The notes: a model not told the origin generated them from the letters alone. A DNA stretch of 64,000 nt from Octopus vulgaris (GCA_951406725.2 OX597827.1:65782001-65846000); one strand, 5' to 3'; numbered from the stretch's first letter, positions 39,630 to 53,981 are shown. Made by a program: numbers and translations.

Positions 39630-39855
39630 TATATGTTTGTGTGTCTGTGTTTGTCCTCCTCAACATCGCCTGACAACCGATGCTGGTGTGTTTTCGTCCC
39701 CGTAACTTAGCGGTTCGGCCTAAGCGACCGATAAAATAAGTATTATTCTCATAGATAATAAGTCCTGGGATCGAGTTGCTCGACTTACGACAGTGCTCCA
39801 GCATGGCCACAGTCAAATGACTGTAAAATGTAAAAGAGTAAAAGTGTAAAGAGTA
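39630..39855 (+). mobile_element. SINE family A, 3' half
   Basis: GACAACCGATGCTGGTGTG through tail. Confidence 0.8.
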
Positions 39856-40299
39856 ATATATATAATTAATAAAGTATGCCTCTTTCGACGAAATGTATTA
39901 GATATTACCAGTTAAGTGCTCAAATTAGGATGTTGCCCAAAGATCTTGGAAGAGATGTTTATGGACATAAAGTAAACCAGAAGCGCAGTTATATATTAGA
40001 ATATGATAGTGAATGGATTAAGCATATTTGGAATAGTCGCAACAAGAATTTTATTAGCATAGAGAATTGTACTACCACGTAAATAAATAGCAATGTACAA
40101 CACACTGTAAGATGTATAAAAATTGTTACGATCGCAAGAATTTCTGTACATCTTATTATTCTCTGTTGTACATCCCTGGTCATTTATATGGTAATACAAG
40201 TCTCTATGCTAAATTCATTCTTATGTTCACACACACACACACACACACACAGATATATATATATATACTTAATTCATTCTTATGTTCACACACACACAC

Positions 40300-40480
40300 A
40301 CAGCTTTAAACGGAGTCTGGATAGATTCCTTCAAGGAATACCAGATAAGCCACCCATAATTGGATACAACTCACCTAACAAAAACTCACTACTTGAATAG
40401 ACCATAAACAAAACTTGACTTAAACAGGATTCAAATAATCCTATCAGGTGGTGCTATTACGTTAGACATGGCCTGGCAAC
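40300..40480 (+). mobile_element. CR1-group LINE 3' tip, related to 26061-26585
   Basis: FKRSLDRFLQGIPDKPP..NSLL and shared 3'UTR CAGGTGGTGCTATTA.GTTAGACATGGC. Confidence 0.8.
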
Positions 40481-40772
40481 AAGACAAACAAAAATTTCGA
40501 TGACTCTCTCTCTAGGTTATATATATATATATATGATATCAGCAAATGTATATGTACATATATAGAGGCATAGTTGTATACTAAATTTGCTGGATTTACA
40601 ATCAGGTTTTTTCAGGTTCAGCCTCACTGCACGTTGCCGTGATCAAGTAGCTTCTACTCTAGCTGTGGGTTAACCAATGCCTCGTTAGTGAATATAGCAT
40701 AAGGCAACAATATGGGGAGCAATTCTACATATATGTGACTGGATTTTGTAGACCGAAACCGAAAGAAGCCCG

Positions 40773-40826
<54 letters not shown>

Positions 40827-40860
40827 TCAAATGAAATAAAAAACAGAACGCAAAGGATGT

Positions 40861-40954
40861 CGCGGTACACGTGTTTCAAGCTTTATAAAACAACCTATTC
40901 TTACATCAATGTATAATCGACATAACAGATGGTTTAAAGCTCTCTTCGGCCGCA
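40861..40954 (-). ncRNA. Type I hammerhead motif, U4C core variant
   Basis: UGCGG-CCGAAGA-GAGCUUU..AAAGCUU-GAAA-CACGUG-UA-CCGCG; ~145-bp cassette inside the TA tract of an old SINE A (40565-41240). Confidence 0.7.
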
Positions 40955-40967
40955 TGCAATTGCTATA

Positions 40968-41032
<65 letters not shown>

Positions 41033-41387
41033 TATATTTATTTATGCGTGTCTTTTTGTAGGTGTTTGTCCCTCCACCATCACCGATGCCGATGTGGTTA
41101 TGTACCCGTCATCATCATTCATCATTGTTCGACCGATAGAATAAGAACTAGGTTTTCCAAGAATAAGTCGTGGGTCGATATTTTCGACCAAAGACATGGC
41201 AGCAATCAAATGACTGACACAAGTAACAGAATAAAAGAATATATTTATACACAATACAGAAAACAAAATCAATATCAGTACCTTGTGTAACATATAGCTG
41301 TTAACGATGTCTCAAAAATTCATATCAAAATAAGAGATGCGGAGCAGACATTGGACGTAGTTGTTAATACTACAAGTAATATATATG

Positions 41388-41610
<223 letters not shown>

Positions 41611-44485
41611 TATGCATGTATGTATATTTAAGTACAGTCCGTAGGAAATCATGGAATCAGTAGCGGATTCAACCAACATCAGTATGCCTTGTTTTAGTTA
41701 GTCCTAGTTTATTATTTTTATGTTATTGGCTTGTTTTTTCTCGATGTGACAGCTTTGAAGCAAGTTCTAAATACACAACAACGTTAACAAAAAACTATTC
41801 AAGGTTTGGTTCTACCAAGGATACGTCCTCCTCACTGGTACATCTCAACGATTCGAGAGAAACACCTCAAAATAAAATTATTAGTTTGAAACTCATAGGA
41901 ATATTATAATGTTTGCCAATGCCATAGACTTTATTTTATACACATTAAAATTTGTTAACTGTGGCACCATTTATTGGTCGCTTGGCTGGTAGATAAGAGG
42001 GTATTTATCTTGAAATTGGGCATTTAAAACTGACAATATTTTTATATACGCATATATTTACTTGTTTATTTACTTCTCAAGTGGATATAATTTTTATTGT
42101 TTAATTTTTTGATTTCACTTTAATAAGACTAAATTTGTTTTTAATGAAAATTAAATAACGTTTGATTTGAAAACAATGAAAATAAATTAAAATTAAAATA
42201 TAAAATATAAAGAATGAACTAATCAAGAAAACACACTGTCAAAAGAATGAGTAAAAAAAATTAATTCCAAAATGGAAATTGACTAAAATGTGTTTTCATT
42301 AAGAACAAAAGAATGTCGGTAGGCTATTTAAATATTCTGGCAGCTGTTTGATTTAACTATTTAAAAATTAATTCAAAACAGCTATTTTGAGTCTACACCT
42401 CGATTAAATAGATAGCCACAAGAAATGCTATATTCTCTTCATCTACTCAGGGCATACTTAAAAAACAATTACGAAGACGACCAACCAAGAAACCACAGAC
42501 ACCTTATCCATACTGACCTTCCATACACATACACACACACACAAAATACGCATACACTTCACCATCAGTTCTCACTCACGCAGATAGATGCACGCATACA
42601 CAATTAGATATTAACTTTAGAGACAACAAGAAGAGCATATTTATTTTCCCCTCATGACCGATCGAGAGAGAAATCTAATTAAAGCAATCGGTCTTTATAT
42701 TTTAAAGTAATTATTTTCTTTTCTCACTCAGTTTCTAATGATGTGTCTCTAGTGACGGATTTTTCTAGCGGAAACATCGGTTACAAATTATATGTATGTA
42801 TGTGGCTGGCTGACAATATATATACATATATGCATGCACATAAATATAAATACTGTCTGTATATGAGTGGTATATAAAAAGCGGATGTGTTCAGACGCAC
42901 ACACACATACATGTAATTATATATCTGTGTGAATGTGTATGTATATACATATATATATATACATGTATATATGTTTCTGTATATGTATGTACACATGAAT
43001 ATATATATATATATATATGTGTGTGTGTATATATACATATGCGTGTATACATGTATACATAATACATACACGTATATATACTTCTGTATATGTATGTACA
43101 CATACATGCATACGTGGGTGTGGGTGTGCGCGCGTGAGTGCGCCTTTGTTGCATTACACTTATACCTTGTTAATTACAAAGTATTTCTCTGTAAAGTAAT
43201 ACGGAAATATATAGTCATCAATTGAAAGTTAAAGATCGTTTGTGCTAGACAAAAAACAAGCTATTGTCCGTAATAAATTGAAGTAAATTTATTCTACGAT
43301 GATCGGTGAACTATTGGAGGATTTTGAACCTACGACAATGCATTATATGGGGAGCATAAGAATGGAAGATGATAAATGAATTTAACTATTAACATGCGTC
43401 TGTTCCAAGCTACGATTAAACGAAATCCTCCCACAAAAATTGACACGAACACTTATATTTGATCGTCCACTAATTCCCCTGAAACAGTAACCAAGATTAG
43501 TAGATTAGGGAAAAAGACGTTTTAGATAATATTGTTTAACAGAATGCCTTAAAGTATATGAAGGTGAGAACTGGAATAAGTTTCGGTATACGCCTTCTTT
43601 AAGGAGGACGGACAGTGCCTATGAATAAGGATGTGTGTGATAACTATTTCATATCAAATGTTAAAATATAAGAACATGCGTAGATTCTTACAGATATCTG
43701 GCCAAATATTTTTGAATATTTTGAATGCAGAACTAGTTTCTGCTAGAAATATCGTGACAAAATTTGCTGACATTTTTTATTCGAAATTCAATTTAATTTC
43801 TTTCTCTATTTGCGATTGCTCTCAAAAGAGATAAAAAAGGAGAAAAATGTAATAAAATAAAATAAATAATAACAGCTTTTCAAAATATTCTCTAGAATAT
43901 TTAAAGGAAAAAGCACTTTTTTTTATAATGTAATTAATATATTCATGTGACGGATTTTTCCTGTCTTTCTTTTTTTTATTTGTTTTTGAAAACCTAAAAA
44001 TGCTTTTTTGTTCATTTAAAATTTCCATTTCATTCAGCCATTTGAGTTCTCTCTTTGCATTTCGTTTTGCGTTCTGTTTCTTCTATAAACTTCATTAAGG
44101 TTTGTTATTAAGTTTCGTTCCTAAAGGAAGTAAAATTTCGGCATCTTAAACTAAAGGAATCATCATTACCTTGTGTGGTTCTAGATAACTTCAAATCTTA
44201 AACTAAATATCGAAAGAAAAATGACAGTTACTGATAGAATTTTGTATCAATGAGAAAACATGATGTCAGGTTTTCGTTTACAAAAGCTCTTAGTTTTAAA
44301 ACGTGCATAAAAAGAAATCTCAACAGCTGGACATCGTTTAGTTCACAAGCTACAGTCTTAAGAATACATGTATAAAATAACGTTCCCGCCATACACGAGA
44401 TACGACGGGATGAGAAAAGTAGGAATGTGTTTGGTCATAAGACTGGTCGATCAGGATAAAACTGACCATGCACAAGAAACAATAT

Positions 44486-44870
44486 GGAAGCACTCCGTCG
44501 GTTACGACGATGAGGGTTCCTGTTGATCCGAATCAACGGAACAGCCTGCTCGTTAAAATTAACGTGTAAGTGGCTGAGCACTCCACAGCCACGTGCACCC
44601 TTAACGTAGTTCTCGGAGATATTCAGCGTGACACAGAGACTGACAAGGCCGGCCCTTTGAAATACAGGTACAACAGAAACAGGAAGTAAGAGTGAGAGAA
44701 AGTTGTGGTGAAAGCGTACAGCAGGGATCACCACCATCCCCTGTCGGAGCCTCGTGGAGCTTTAGGTGTTTTCGCTCAATAAACACTCACAACGCCCGGT
44801 CTGGGAATCGAAACCGCGATCTTACGACCGCGAGTTCGCTGCCCTAACCACTGGGCCATTGCGCCTCCAC
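44486..44870 (-). mobile_element. tRNA-derived SINE family C
   Basis: Head GTGGAGGCGCAATGGCCCAGTGG..GGTTTCGATTCC; 14-bp TSD ACAAGAAACAATAT. Confidence 0.9.
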
Positions 44871-46429
44871 ACAAGAAACAATATAAGGTAATTGAAAGAT
44901 GATAAATGCCAGCCGCAATGTGGTCACTGAATGAGCTCGAGGTAGCAGTCAAATTCACATCATCTATAGACTATTTTCTTATAAAGGAATGGTACACTGT
45001 CTCTGTAAATACATAATGTTAACAGCTGAAGAACATGTGATAAGTCCGCTCAAGTAGAGCTGTCGTCGCGTCATACAACAATAACAATAATAATTTCTAA
45101 GACAAGCCACGGAAATAACCTCCTTCCTGTTTGACCCCTCAAAATAGCATCTGTATTTTCTTGAATGTTATCCACCGATGAAAATGATGAATGCACGTAT
45201 TGTGCCGGACAGACTTAACTAAGAAAAACGTTGAAATAATGACCATTAGAATGATTTAGCACAGAGTTCCGCTCGAACTATTCTGGTGTGAAACAACAAT
45301 ATTAATTAGCCGAAAGATCAGCCTGATTGTTAGTCAATCTACAAGCTAGAATTAATAGCCAATCTATAAAATGCACCTTTTCGAAAAAGAAAACAACAAA
45401 GCAAGACATATTTCACAGTACTGTCCCTAATAAAATAAGGGGGTTAGGATATTCATTAAGGGAGCGTGATTAACCGTTGATCAACTAGATAAAGAGACAG
45501 ACCGAGATTAAAAAGACGACATATATTTAATTACCAGTATCAACATATTATACGGCACATATACTGGCGCTCTGTGATTATATATTTCTTGCGTTTTGTA
45601 GGGCTCGGTAAAATAACAGACCAAAGCGTTTCGTGAATAGTTTGAGCCTCCAATGAGATGCTGTGCAGCCATTTTTCTGGTTCATTGTATAGGGAGTAGG
45701 TGAGCAGTAGACAAAAGAAGTAGGTAGTTTTAATACCACTTCCAGGTGCATATTAAAGTGAATTTTCTGACTTCCATTTAATACGTTGCTTCTGCTTTGC
45801 TGCTGGTGATACTTAACTGAAGCGAAATATATGAGCAAAGGTATTCCAACCGTGACATTCTCGTCCATATATATGGTATTCCTTATAAAGGACAATATTC
45901 TAAGATATGTACTTGCATTTCCACGAGTAGAACGTTATATGTTATATATTTGGTATTTATCAGGGCGCAACCACATGTATATTAATGGTTCACTTAAATA
46001 TCGATTGGGGAACCCACAGTCCTGGTTGCTGTGAAAAAACGAACGGTATATACGTCCCATGCATTATCGGATATTCGAGATATACATATTAGTTTATAAA
46101 TCAAAGATAAAATATAATTTCGAGGATTATGAATAAGACATCAATAACGTAAAATTGCTGTTATTGAGTTAGATACGCATGCATGCTCTAGAAAATAAAA
46201 ATCCACTTTTATTGTTTCTTGCGCATTGGTCAGTTTAATCTGATCGACCAGTCTTATGACCAAACACATTTCTACTTTTCTCATCCCGTCATATCTCGTA
46301 TATGGCGGAAACGTTAGCTTCTGAACTAAACGAAATCCAGCTGTTGAAATTTCTTTTTATGCACGTTTTAAAACTAATAGCTTTTGTAAACGAAAACCTG
46401 ACATCATGATGAGCTCAATCCGTGTGTTA

Positions 46430-46812
46430 TGGGAAGCACTCCGTCAGTTACGACGACGAGGGTTCCGGTTGATCCGATCAACGGAACAGCCTGCTCGTGA
46501 AATTAACGTGTAAGTGGCTGAGCACTCCACAGACACGTGTACCCTTAACGTAGTTCTCGGGGATATTCAGCGTGACACAGAGAGTGACAAGGCCGGCCCT
46601 TTGAAATATAGGTACAACAGAAACAGGAAGTAAGAGTGAGAGAAAGTTGTGGTGAAAGAGTAGACCAGGGATCACCCCAACCCTGCCGGAGCCTCGTTGA
46701 GCTTTAGGTGTTTTCGCTCAATAAACACTCACAACGCCCGGTCTGGGAATCGAAACCGCGATCCTACGACCGCGAGTCCGCTGCCCTAACCACTGGACCA
46801 TTGCGCCTCCAC
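46430..46812 (-). mobile_element. tRNA-derived SINE family C
   Basis: 12-bp TSD ATCCGTGTGTTA at 46418-46429 and 46813-46824. Confidence 0.9.
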
Positions 46813-47707
46813 ATCCGTGTGTTAACCACTTAACCGAAAGAGCAAGAGAACTTTCTCCACATTGTTGATAATGAAAAACAGAACATAGGATAATTTGATC
46901 ATAGATATATTGTCATTCCGGCGCAAAACCATAGATGTTCAGATCTTATACTGTTTTATCTGCTAGGGACCTACCTTGTACTTCAAACTTATTCATGCAT
47001 TATCATCTTTATTTCAATATTTATGTTGGCGATATCTCACATAACTACTTCAATTCATCTTGAGATGCTCTGCAACATCACCCACCTGTCTTAAAATGGG
47101 AATTATTTTCAACAATCCATTTGACAGCCTAGTGACATCTATGAGAGGAACAAAATCGACTATAGAGGGATGCGGCTGATTTCTCGTCTTTGTTGGTGCA
47201 TTGTTCAATTATTCTATTATTGACAGTGGGAAGTGGTATCCCAAGGTTTTACGTAACTGAGGCGTGCACCATCTACCCAGAGGTTGACCAGCAATACGTA
47301 CGCTTTCAAAATCAGACTATTTTCTTATACTTTTGGTGTCTGAGGCACGGGAGTTACTAATGATTATAGTAAAATGGAAAATGATAATATATTTACAGGT
47401 TTCAAGCATCAGGTTGTGTCTGCCCAGATAAAGCGGTAGAGTGTGGTGTATCTATTTGTCAGTTTTCTTTTGGGATGCCTGTGTACCCATATATACACAC
47501 AAATACATAAACGTACATATACATATGTAATCAAACACACACTCATACACATGAGCACACACAATCACAAACACACACGCATGCAAAAACTTGCTTCGCA
47601 ACCACATGACAACTTCGACAAGTCTATTTTACTATAGCCTCAAGCCGACCAAAATCTTGTGAGTCGATTTTGAAATAAGCCTGCCATATATATATATATA
47701 TATATAT

Positions 47708-47900
47708 TTAATCCAAATATGAAAATACGAAGAGAAAACACAACAACGCGGATACGTGGAACAAATATAGTATTATTGGACGCTCAGGAAAGAAGGAGGG
47801 ACTAACGTTTCGAGCGGAGCTCTACATCAGAAACACAGGAAAAGGAAAGATCCAGAGAAGGGAAGACGGAGAAAAAATATCGCCAACGTTACACATGCGG
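47708..47900 (-). mobile_element. Family E2 repeat with degenerate HHR (47803-47834)
   Basis: Homologous to 53884-54065; core CUGAUGU. Confidence 0.7.
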
Positions 47901-47997
47901 CATATATGTATGTATATCTATATCTATCTCTCTATCAATCCATTTATATATAGATCATTAATTCTAATATCGATCTTATCAAGTGGCTAGCATGGGA

Positions 47998-48377
47998 ATA
48001 AAACCCTTCAAAGGTAATGATTATTATTAAAATTATAACTTAGGGAATCTAGGAGACACTACCACGCTGGAAATAGCAGCCAAAACTTGACTCTAAAACC
48101 TCATTAAATGTCCATATAGCACTAGGAGAGAAGACAAAAAGAAAAAATAAATTAACAAAAAATTACTGGAAAATTTCTGGATTATTCAGTAAATCCAGGA
48201 ATTATCCAGTAATTTTTTGCTAGTTTATTTTGTCCTTTTGTCTTCCCTCCTGGTGCTGTATGAACATTTAATATGGTTTTAGAGTCAAGTTTTGGCTGCT
48301 ATTTCCATCGTGGTGGTGTCTCTTAGATACCCTAAGTTATAATTTTAATAATAATTATTACCTTTGAAGGGTTTTAT
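47998..48377. repeat. Long imperfect palindrome, ~185-bp arms, ~8-nt spacer
   Basis: 47998-48183 approximates the reverse complement of 48192-48377; partial third copy at 48392-48443. Confidence 0.9.
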
Positions 48378-48869
48378 TTTCTTTCCTTTTCCTGCTATTT
48401 CCATCATGGTGGTATCTCTTATATACCCTAAATTATAATTTTATATATACATATATATATAGATATATATGTGTGTGTTTCTATATTTTGTAGACATATG
48501 AAACACTTTCAACAATAACCCATGTGCACCTTACATGTTACAACGTAATTAGATTAAACGAGTCATTATTTTTCCCCCAGAAAGTTTCCAACTTGTATTC
48601 AAAACGTGTATAAATTATTTACGGCTGCAATGAAAGTCTGTTCAATAAAAGAAAACATGTTGACGGAAAGCGTTAACTTCTAATTCACCACGTAAACGAA
48701 TTATATGTATTCTTAGCACATATTTATCTGTATAACATCCACAACAATTACGAAATTAATATACTTCTATTATTTTTCTTCTCTGCAAAATACGGCAGCC
48801 ATTATTGTCTGTGCTCGCCTATATAACTCGTAGAGAATATGGCGTTTCTGTTGTAATTATTTTTGTTAG

Positions 48870-48943
<74 letters not shown>

Positions 48944-49189
48944 GCTAGTTCTGTTAAATCTGTTTTTTTTGCCTCCTTATGCTTACTCCTGTCTCATATT
49001 GCAGATCAATTTTCGTTTTAAAAATCAATGCTTTAAATGGAATTGTTATTGTTATAGCTGCCATCATTAATGATCGATTATACGTTAAACCGCCTCTGCC
49101 CTGAGAAAAGTATGTAGATCGTTCAATATGGCTACACAACGAAATTTGTTGCCGTGTGATTAAGAGAGAGATCAATAACAATATAGATA

Positions 49190-49210
49190 TTATCATCATC
49201 ATCGTCGTCG

Positions 49211-49302
<92 letters not shown>

Positions 49303-49393
49303 ATTATTATTATTATTATTATTATTATTATCATTATTAATATTATTATTATTATTATTATTATTATTATCATTATTATTATTATTATTATTA

Positions 49394-49437
<44 letters not shown>

Positions 49438-49456
49438 ATTATTATTATTATTATTA

Positions 49457-49535
<79 letters not shown>

Positions 49536-50068
49536 TATTATTACTATCATCAACATCATTATCATCATCATCATCATCATCATCATTAATGTTCTTGTTG
49601 TTGTTGCTATTATTGAGTGACACGGCAGTGCATACCATCACAGTGACATTGGGGTACAAATATACGAAGCCCAATATAGTCATCATGAAATCCCGTCTGA
49701 TAAGGGTACCCCATACACATGCATCACACCTATATGTGCGCGACATGGTGATTCTGCTTTTTTTTCTTCTCCTTCGTCTCATCCATCATCATCATCATCA
49801 TAATCATCATCATCTTCTTCTTCTACTACTACTACTACTTCTGCTGTTACTGCTCCTCCCCTCCCCTCTCCTCCTCATTATTATCATTATTATCATTATT
49901 ATTATTATTATTGTTGTTGTTGTTGTTGTTATTATTATCATTATCATCATCATCATCATCATCATTATTATTATTATTATTATTAATAATAATAATAATA
50001 ATAAAATAATAATAATAATAACAATAAAAATAATATTAATAATATTATCACTACCACCACCACCACCG

Positions 50069-50112
<44 letters not shown>

Positions 50113-50232
50113 ATTATTATTATTATCATTATTAATATTATTATTATCACCACCAGCATCACAACCGCCATCATCATCATCATCTTTATCATTATTATCA
50201 CTATTATTATCCTCATCGACATCACCACCACC

Positions 50233-50264
<32 letters not shown>

Positions 50265-50280
50265 TTTTAATATTATTATA
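49190..50280. repeat. Large compound trinucleotide microsatellite (ATT, ATC, CTT, ACC, GTT)
   Basis: Seen directly; explains the poly-I/N/D/L/G ORFs. Confidence 0.95.
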
Positions 50281-51036
50281 CGACAACTTTCAAAATTGAT
50301 ATTCCAATCGCCCTTGTTGTTGTTGTGGTTGTTGTCGATGTTGCGATGTTGTTGTTGTTAATATGATCGTGGTAGTGATACCGCTGATGACGGCCATCTT
50401 TCTCGTGGTACGTCTTAATAGTGTTTTGTTTCTCTAAAATCTTCTGTTGATGTTGTTTTCGCTTCGAACTTCATTAACGTTCTGACTGTTCTAATGTGTC
50501 ACGCCATTGTTTTTAGCAATTGTGTTTATCGCTGCTGTTTTTGTTTTTTTTTATTGCTTTTCTTTCACCTCGGTGCCGTGGCTTTTGTTATTATTGCTGT
50601 CACATTTATTCGTTAATGTTACAGATTTCAGCCAACAAGCCACATTATTTTGTTGATGATGTAAGATGCCGAGCTGGAGATCGACGCAATATCGGTATCA
50701 TTAAATAATAATTGTATAGGTTCTAATGAACCTATACAATCATTATTTTTTATAATTAATAGAAAGATACAGACGGTGATCTAGAGGAACAAGCGTTTAA
50801 ACAAACAACCCTGCTTGTGTATTTCTTCGTCATCGTACTTGTCTCTGTTACTTGACTGAAACTGTGCTGGGGTACCCTCGTGAAGTGTTCAATTAAACGA
50901 ATCATCCTCATTATATTGTTGTATTTCGGAATGGTCATTTTGCCAGTTTAGCCAATAAAAACACCTGCACTATATATTTGGTGTTACTTTGCTTCAGCGT
51001 TATTTATTTTTTACATTAATCTTAATATTATTTCAG

Positions 51037-51076
51037 CCAGAGTTCTTTCGTCACACTCCTGTGACCGCATCAGTGG
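51037..51076 (-). ncRNA. Hammerhead-like motif (A9C variant) in a cassette with inverted tails
   Basis: CCA-CUGAUGC-G-GUCAC aggagu GUGAC-GAAA-GAAC-UC-UGG; ~50913-50976 is inverted at ~51146-51208. Confidence 0.6.
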
Positions 51077-51585
51077 TCCTTTGCTTTCTTCTTTCTTATT
51101 TGTGTGTCTCTCCTTACAAACCGTCAGCCATTTTGTATTTTGTAGATATAGTGCGTGTGTTTTTATTGGCTATACTGGCAAAATGACCATACCTAAATAC
51201 AACAATATCTGTTTCAACACACGATTTCGCATCAAAAATCTTGCAAAACAAATATATATCCTCATTATATATTTTTTATTTAAAACAGCTTCCTATTATA
51301 ACTTACTATATCTTCTACAAAGAAGTAAAAGAATTCACCAATGGAGGATAGATGTGAGGACAGCTTAAAAATTGAGTATATACTTGATTGAAGACGGACA
51401 AAATTGGCCACAACCCTCAGTTTTATGTTCTGATAAAAAAACTACTTTACATTAAACTGAAAGGGTACTGAATACTGCTGACACACTCACAGACACGCAC
51501 ACAATCCGTTGTTCCTTCCATCTGATTATCTGATTTATATTCTACTCTCATTTGGTCCATTCCTCCGTTAGTTTCTTTGTGCGTC

Positions 51586-52527
51586 AAGGCAGCGATCTGG
51601 CAGAAACGTTAGTTACGCCGGGCGAAATGCTTTGTGGTATTTCGTCTGCCGTTACGCTCTCAGTTCAAATTCCGCCGAGGTGGACGTTGCCTTTCATCCT
51701 TTCGGGGTCGATTAAATAAGTACCAGTTACGCACTGGGATCGATGTAATCGACTTAATCCGTTTGTCTGTCCTTGTGTGTCTCCTCTGTGTTTAGCCCCT
51801 TGTGGGTAGTAAAGAAATAGGTATTTCGTATGCCGCTACGTTCTGAGTTCAAATTCCGCCGAGGTCGACTTTGCCTTTCACCCTTTCGGGGTTGATAAAT
51901 TAATTACCAGTTACGCCCTGGGGTCGATATAATCGACTTAATCCGTTTGTCTGTCATTGTTTGTTCGTTCTGTGTGTAGCCCCTTGTGGATAGTAAAGAA
52001 ATAGGTATTTCGTCTGCCGCTACGTTCTAAGTTCAAATTCCGCCGAGGTCGACTTTGCCTTTCATCCTTTCGGAGTCAATAAATTAAGTACTTGTTACGC
52101 ACAGGGCTCGATATAATCAACTTAATCCCTTTGTCTGTCCTTGTTTGTTCTCTCTGTGTGTAGCCCCTCGTGGGTAGTAAAGAAATAGGTATTTCGTCTG
52201 CCGCTATGTTCTGAGTTCAAATATCACCGAGGTCGACTTTGCCTTTCATCCATTCGGGGTCGGTTAGATAAGTACCAGTTACGCACTTGGGTCAATATAA
52301 TCGACTTAATCCCTTTGTCTATCCTTGTTTGTCCGTTCTATGTTTAGCCCCTTGTGGGTAGTAAAGAAATAGTATTTCCTCTGACGTATTTATATTCTGA
52401 GATCAAATTCCACTGATATCAAATTTCTTTGCCTTTCATCCAATTAAGTACCTGTTGCATACTGGGGTCGATCTAATCGACTGATCTCCTCCCAAAAATT
52501 TCGGGCCTTCTGCCTAGAGTAGAAAAT
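51586..52527 (+). mobile_element. SINE family B tandem array: one head, four 184-bp units and an older-variant terminal unit
   Basis: Units start at GGTATTTCG at 51636, 51820, 52004, 52188 and ~52371. Confidence 0.9.
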
Positions 52528-53452
52528 CATGTTTGTACTTCCGTACTGCGCAATTAAAAAACCGCACATAGCATTTTCGCATCAAATCAAAAATCTGCCA
52601 ATCCAATTAATAATTTCGGAATTTATTTTTACCTGAAATAAAACAACTATCATATGTTCACAGCCATGACTATTTGTTATAACAAGCATTCTCCCTTAAC
52701 GCATACACGTATAACACATTTGTGTACATCACAGATAGAAAGGCTTTGAGTACTGAAACTACCATTTTGACGTAACATGTACTGGAATGAATCTATTTTA
52801 TTATCACACATTGAAATTAAAATTGCGAAAGCAATATAATATTCATTACGTATGTGGAATCGAAGTAGATCAAAGAGGAGGAATAAATATTTCATAAAAT
52901 TAAGACAATGAAATCAAATGAGGTTACGTAATACTTTGATGTAAATTACATAAAAAATAACATTGCGCAAATTTTGCATGCATTTCATAAATGGCAAAGA
53001 ATGATTTTTGAAATCGCCATCAAATAAATATATAGAAGGGTAATGTATGTAAATGAAAGGGAAAATACAAATTTCAGTTTTATACTCAATATCAGAGATA
53101 AAAGATGTATAATTAATGCATTAATATTAACGTCGCTTTCAATTTCAAAATGCTTGCTATAGGAAATGTAATTACAGCGTTGCTGAAAGAAATTTGATAT
53201 CATTTAGAATGTAAAGATGTCTGCACATGTATATGTCATATGGTCATATGCATAGATATATAAATGCATGTATGTATACAGACATACATACATATGTATA
53301 CATAAATACATATGCATGTCTGTGAATATATGTATATATATATGTATGTATGTACATATATATATACATATATAAATATATATATATATAAACATATATA
53401 TATGTACATACATACATACATACATTCATACATATATATATATATACGTACA

Positions 53453-53847
53453 CTTTTATACTCTTTCACTTGTTTCATTCATTTGCCTGGGTCCATGCTG
53501 GAGCACCACCCTTAGGCGAGGAAATTGACCCCAGGACTTATACTTTGTAAGCCTAGTACTTATTCTATCGGTCTGTTTTGCCGAACCGCTAAGTTACGGA
53601 GAGGTAAACACACCAGCATCGGTTGTCAAGCGATGTTGGGGGGGAGGACAAACACAGACACACAAACACGCATATATACATATATACGAGAAACTTCTTT
53701 AAGTTTCCGTCTACCAAATCCACTCACAAGGCTTTGGTCGGTCCGAGGCTATAGTAGAAGACACTTGCCCAAGGTGCCACGCAGTGGGACTGAACCCGGA
53801 ACCATGTGGTTGGCAAGCAAGCAACTTATTACATAGCCACTTCTGCG

Positions 53848-53850
<3 letters not shown>
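53453..53850 (-). mobile_element. SINE family A, full length
   Basis: Head to tail match. Confidence 0.9.
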
Positions 53851-53887
<37 letters not shown>

Positions 53888-53981
53888 ATCCAAACATGAA
53901 AACACAAAGAGAAAAAAAAACGCGAGGACGTGGAACAAATATAGTATTATTGGACACTCAGGAAGGAAAGGAAGAAGGAGC

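Noticed and set aside
48954-50299. ORFs of 150-236 aa
   Set aside because: Translations of trinucleotide microsatellites
50380-50410. CTGATGA on the plus strand
   Set aside because: No helix II, GAAA or helix I partner
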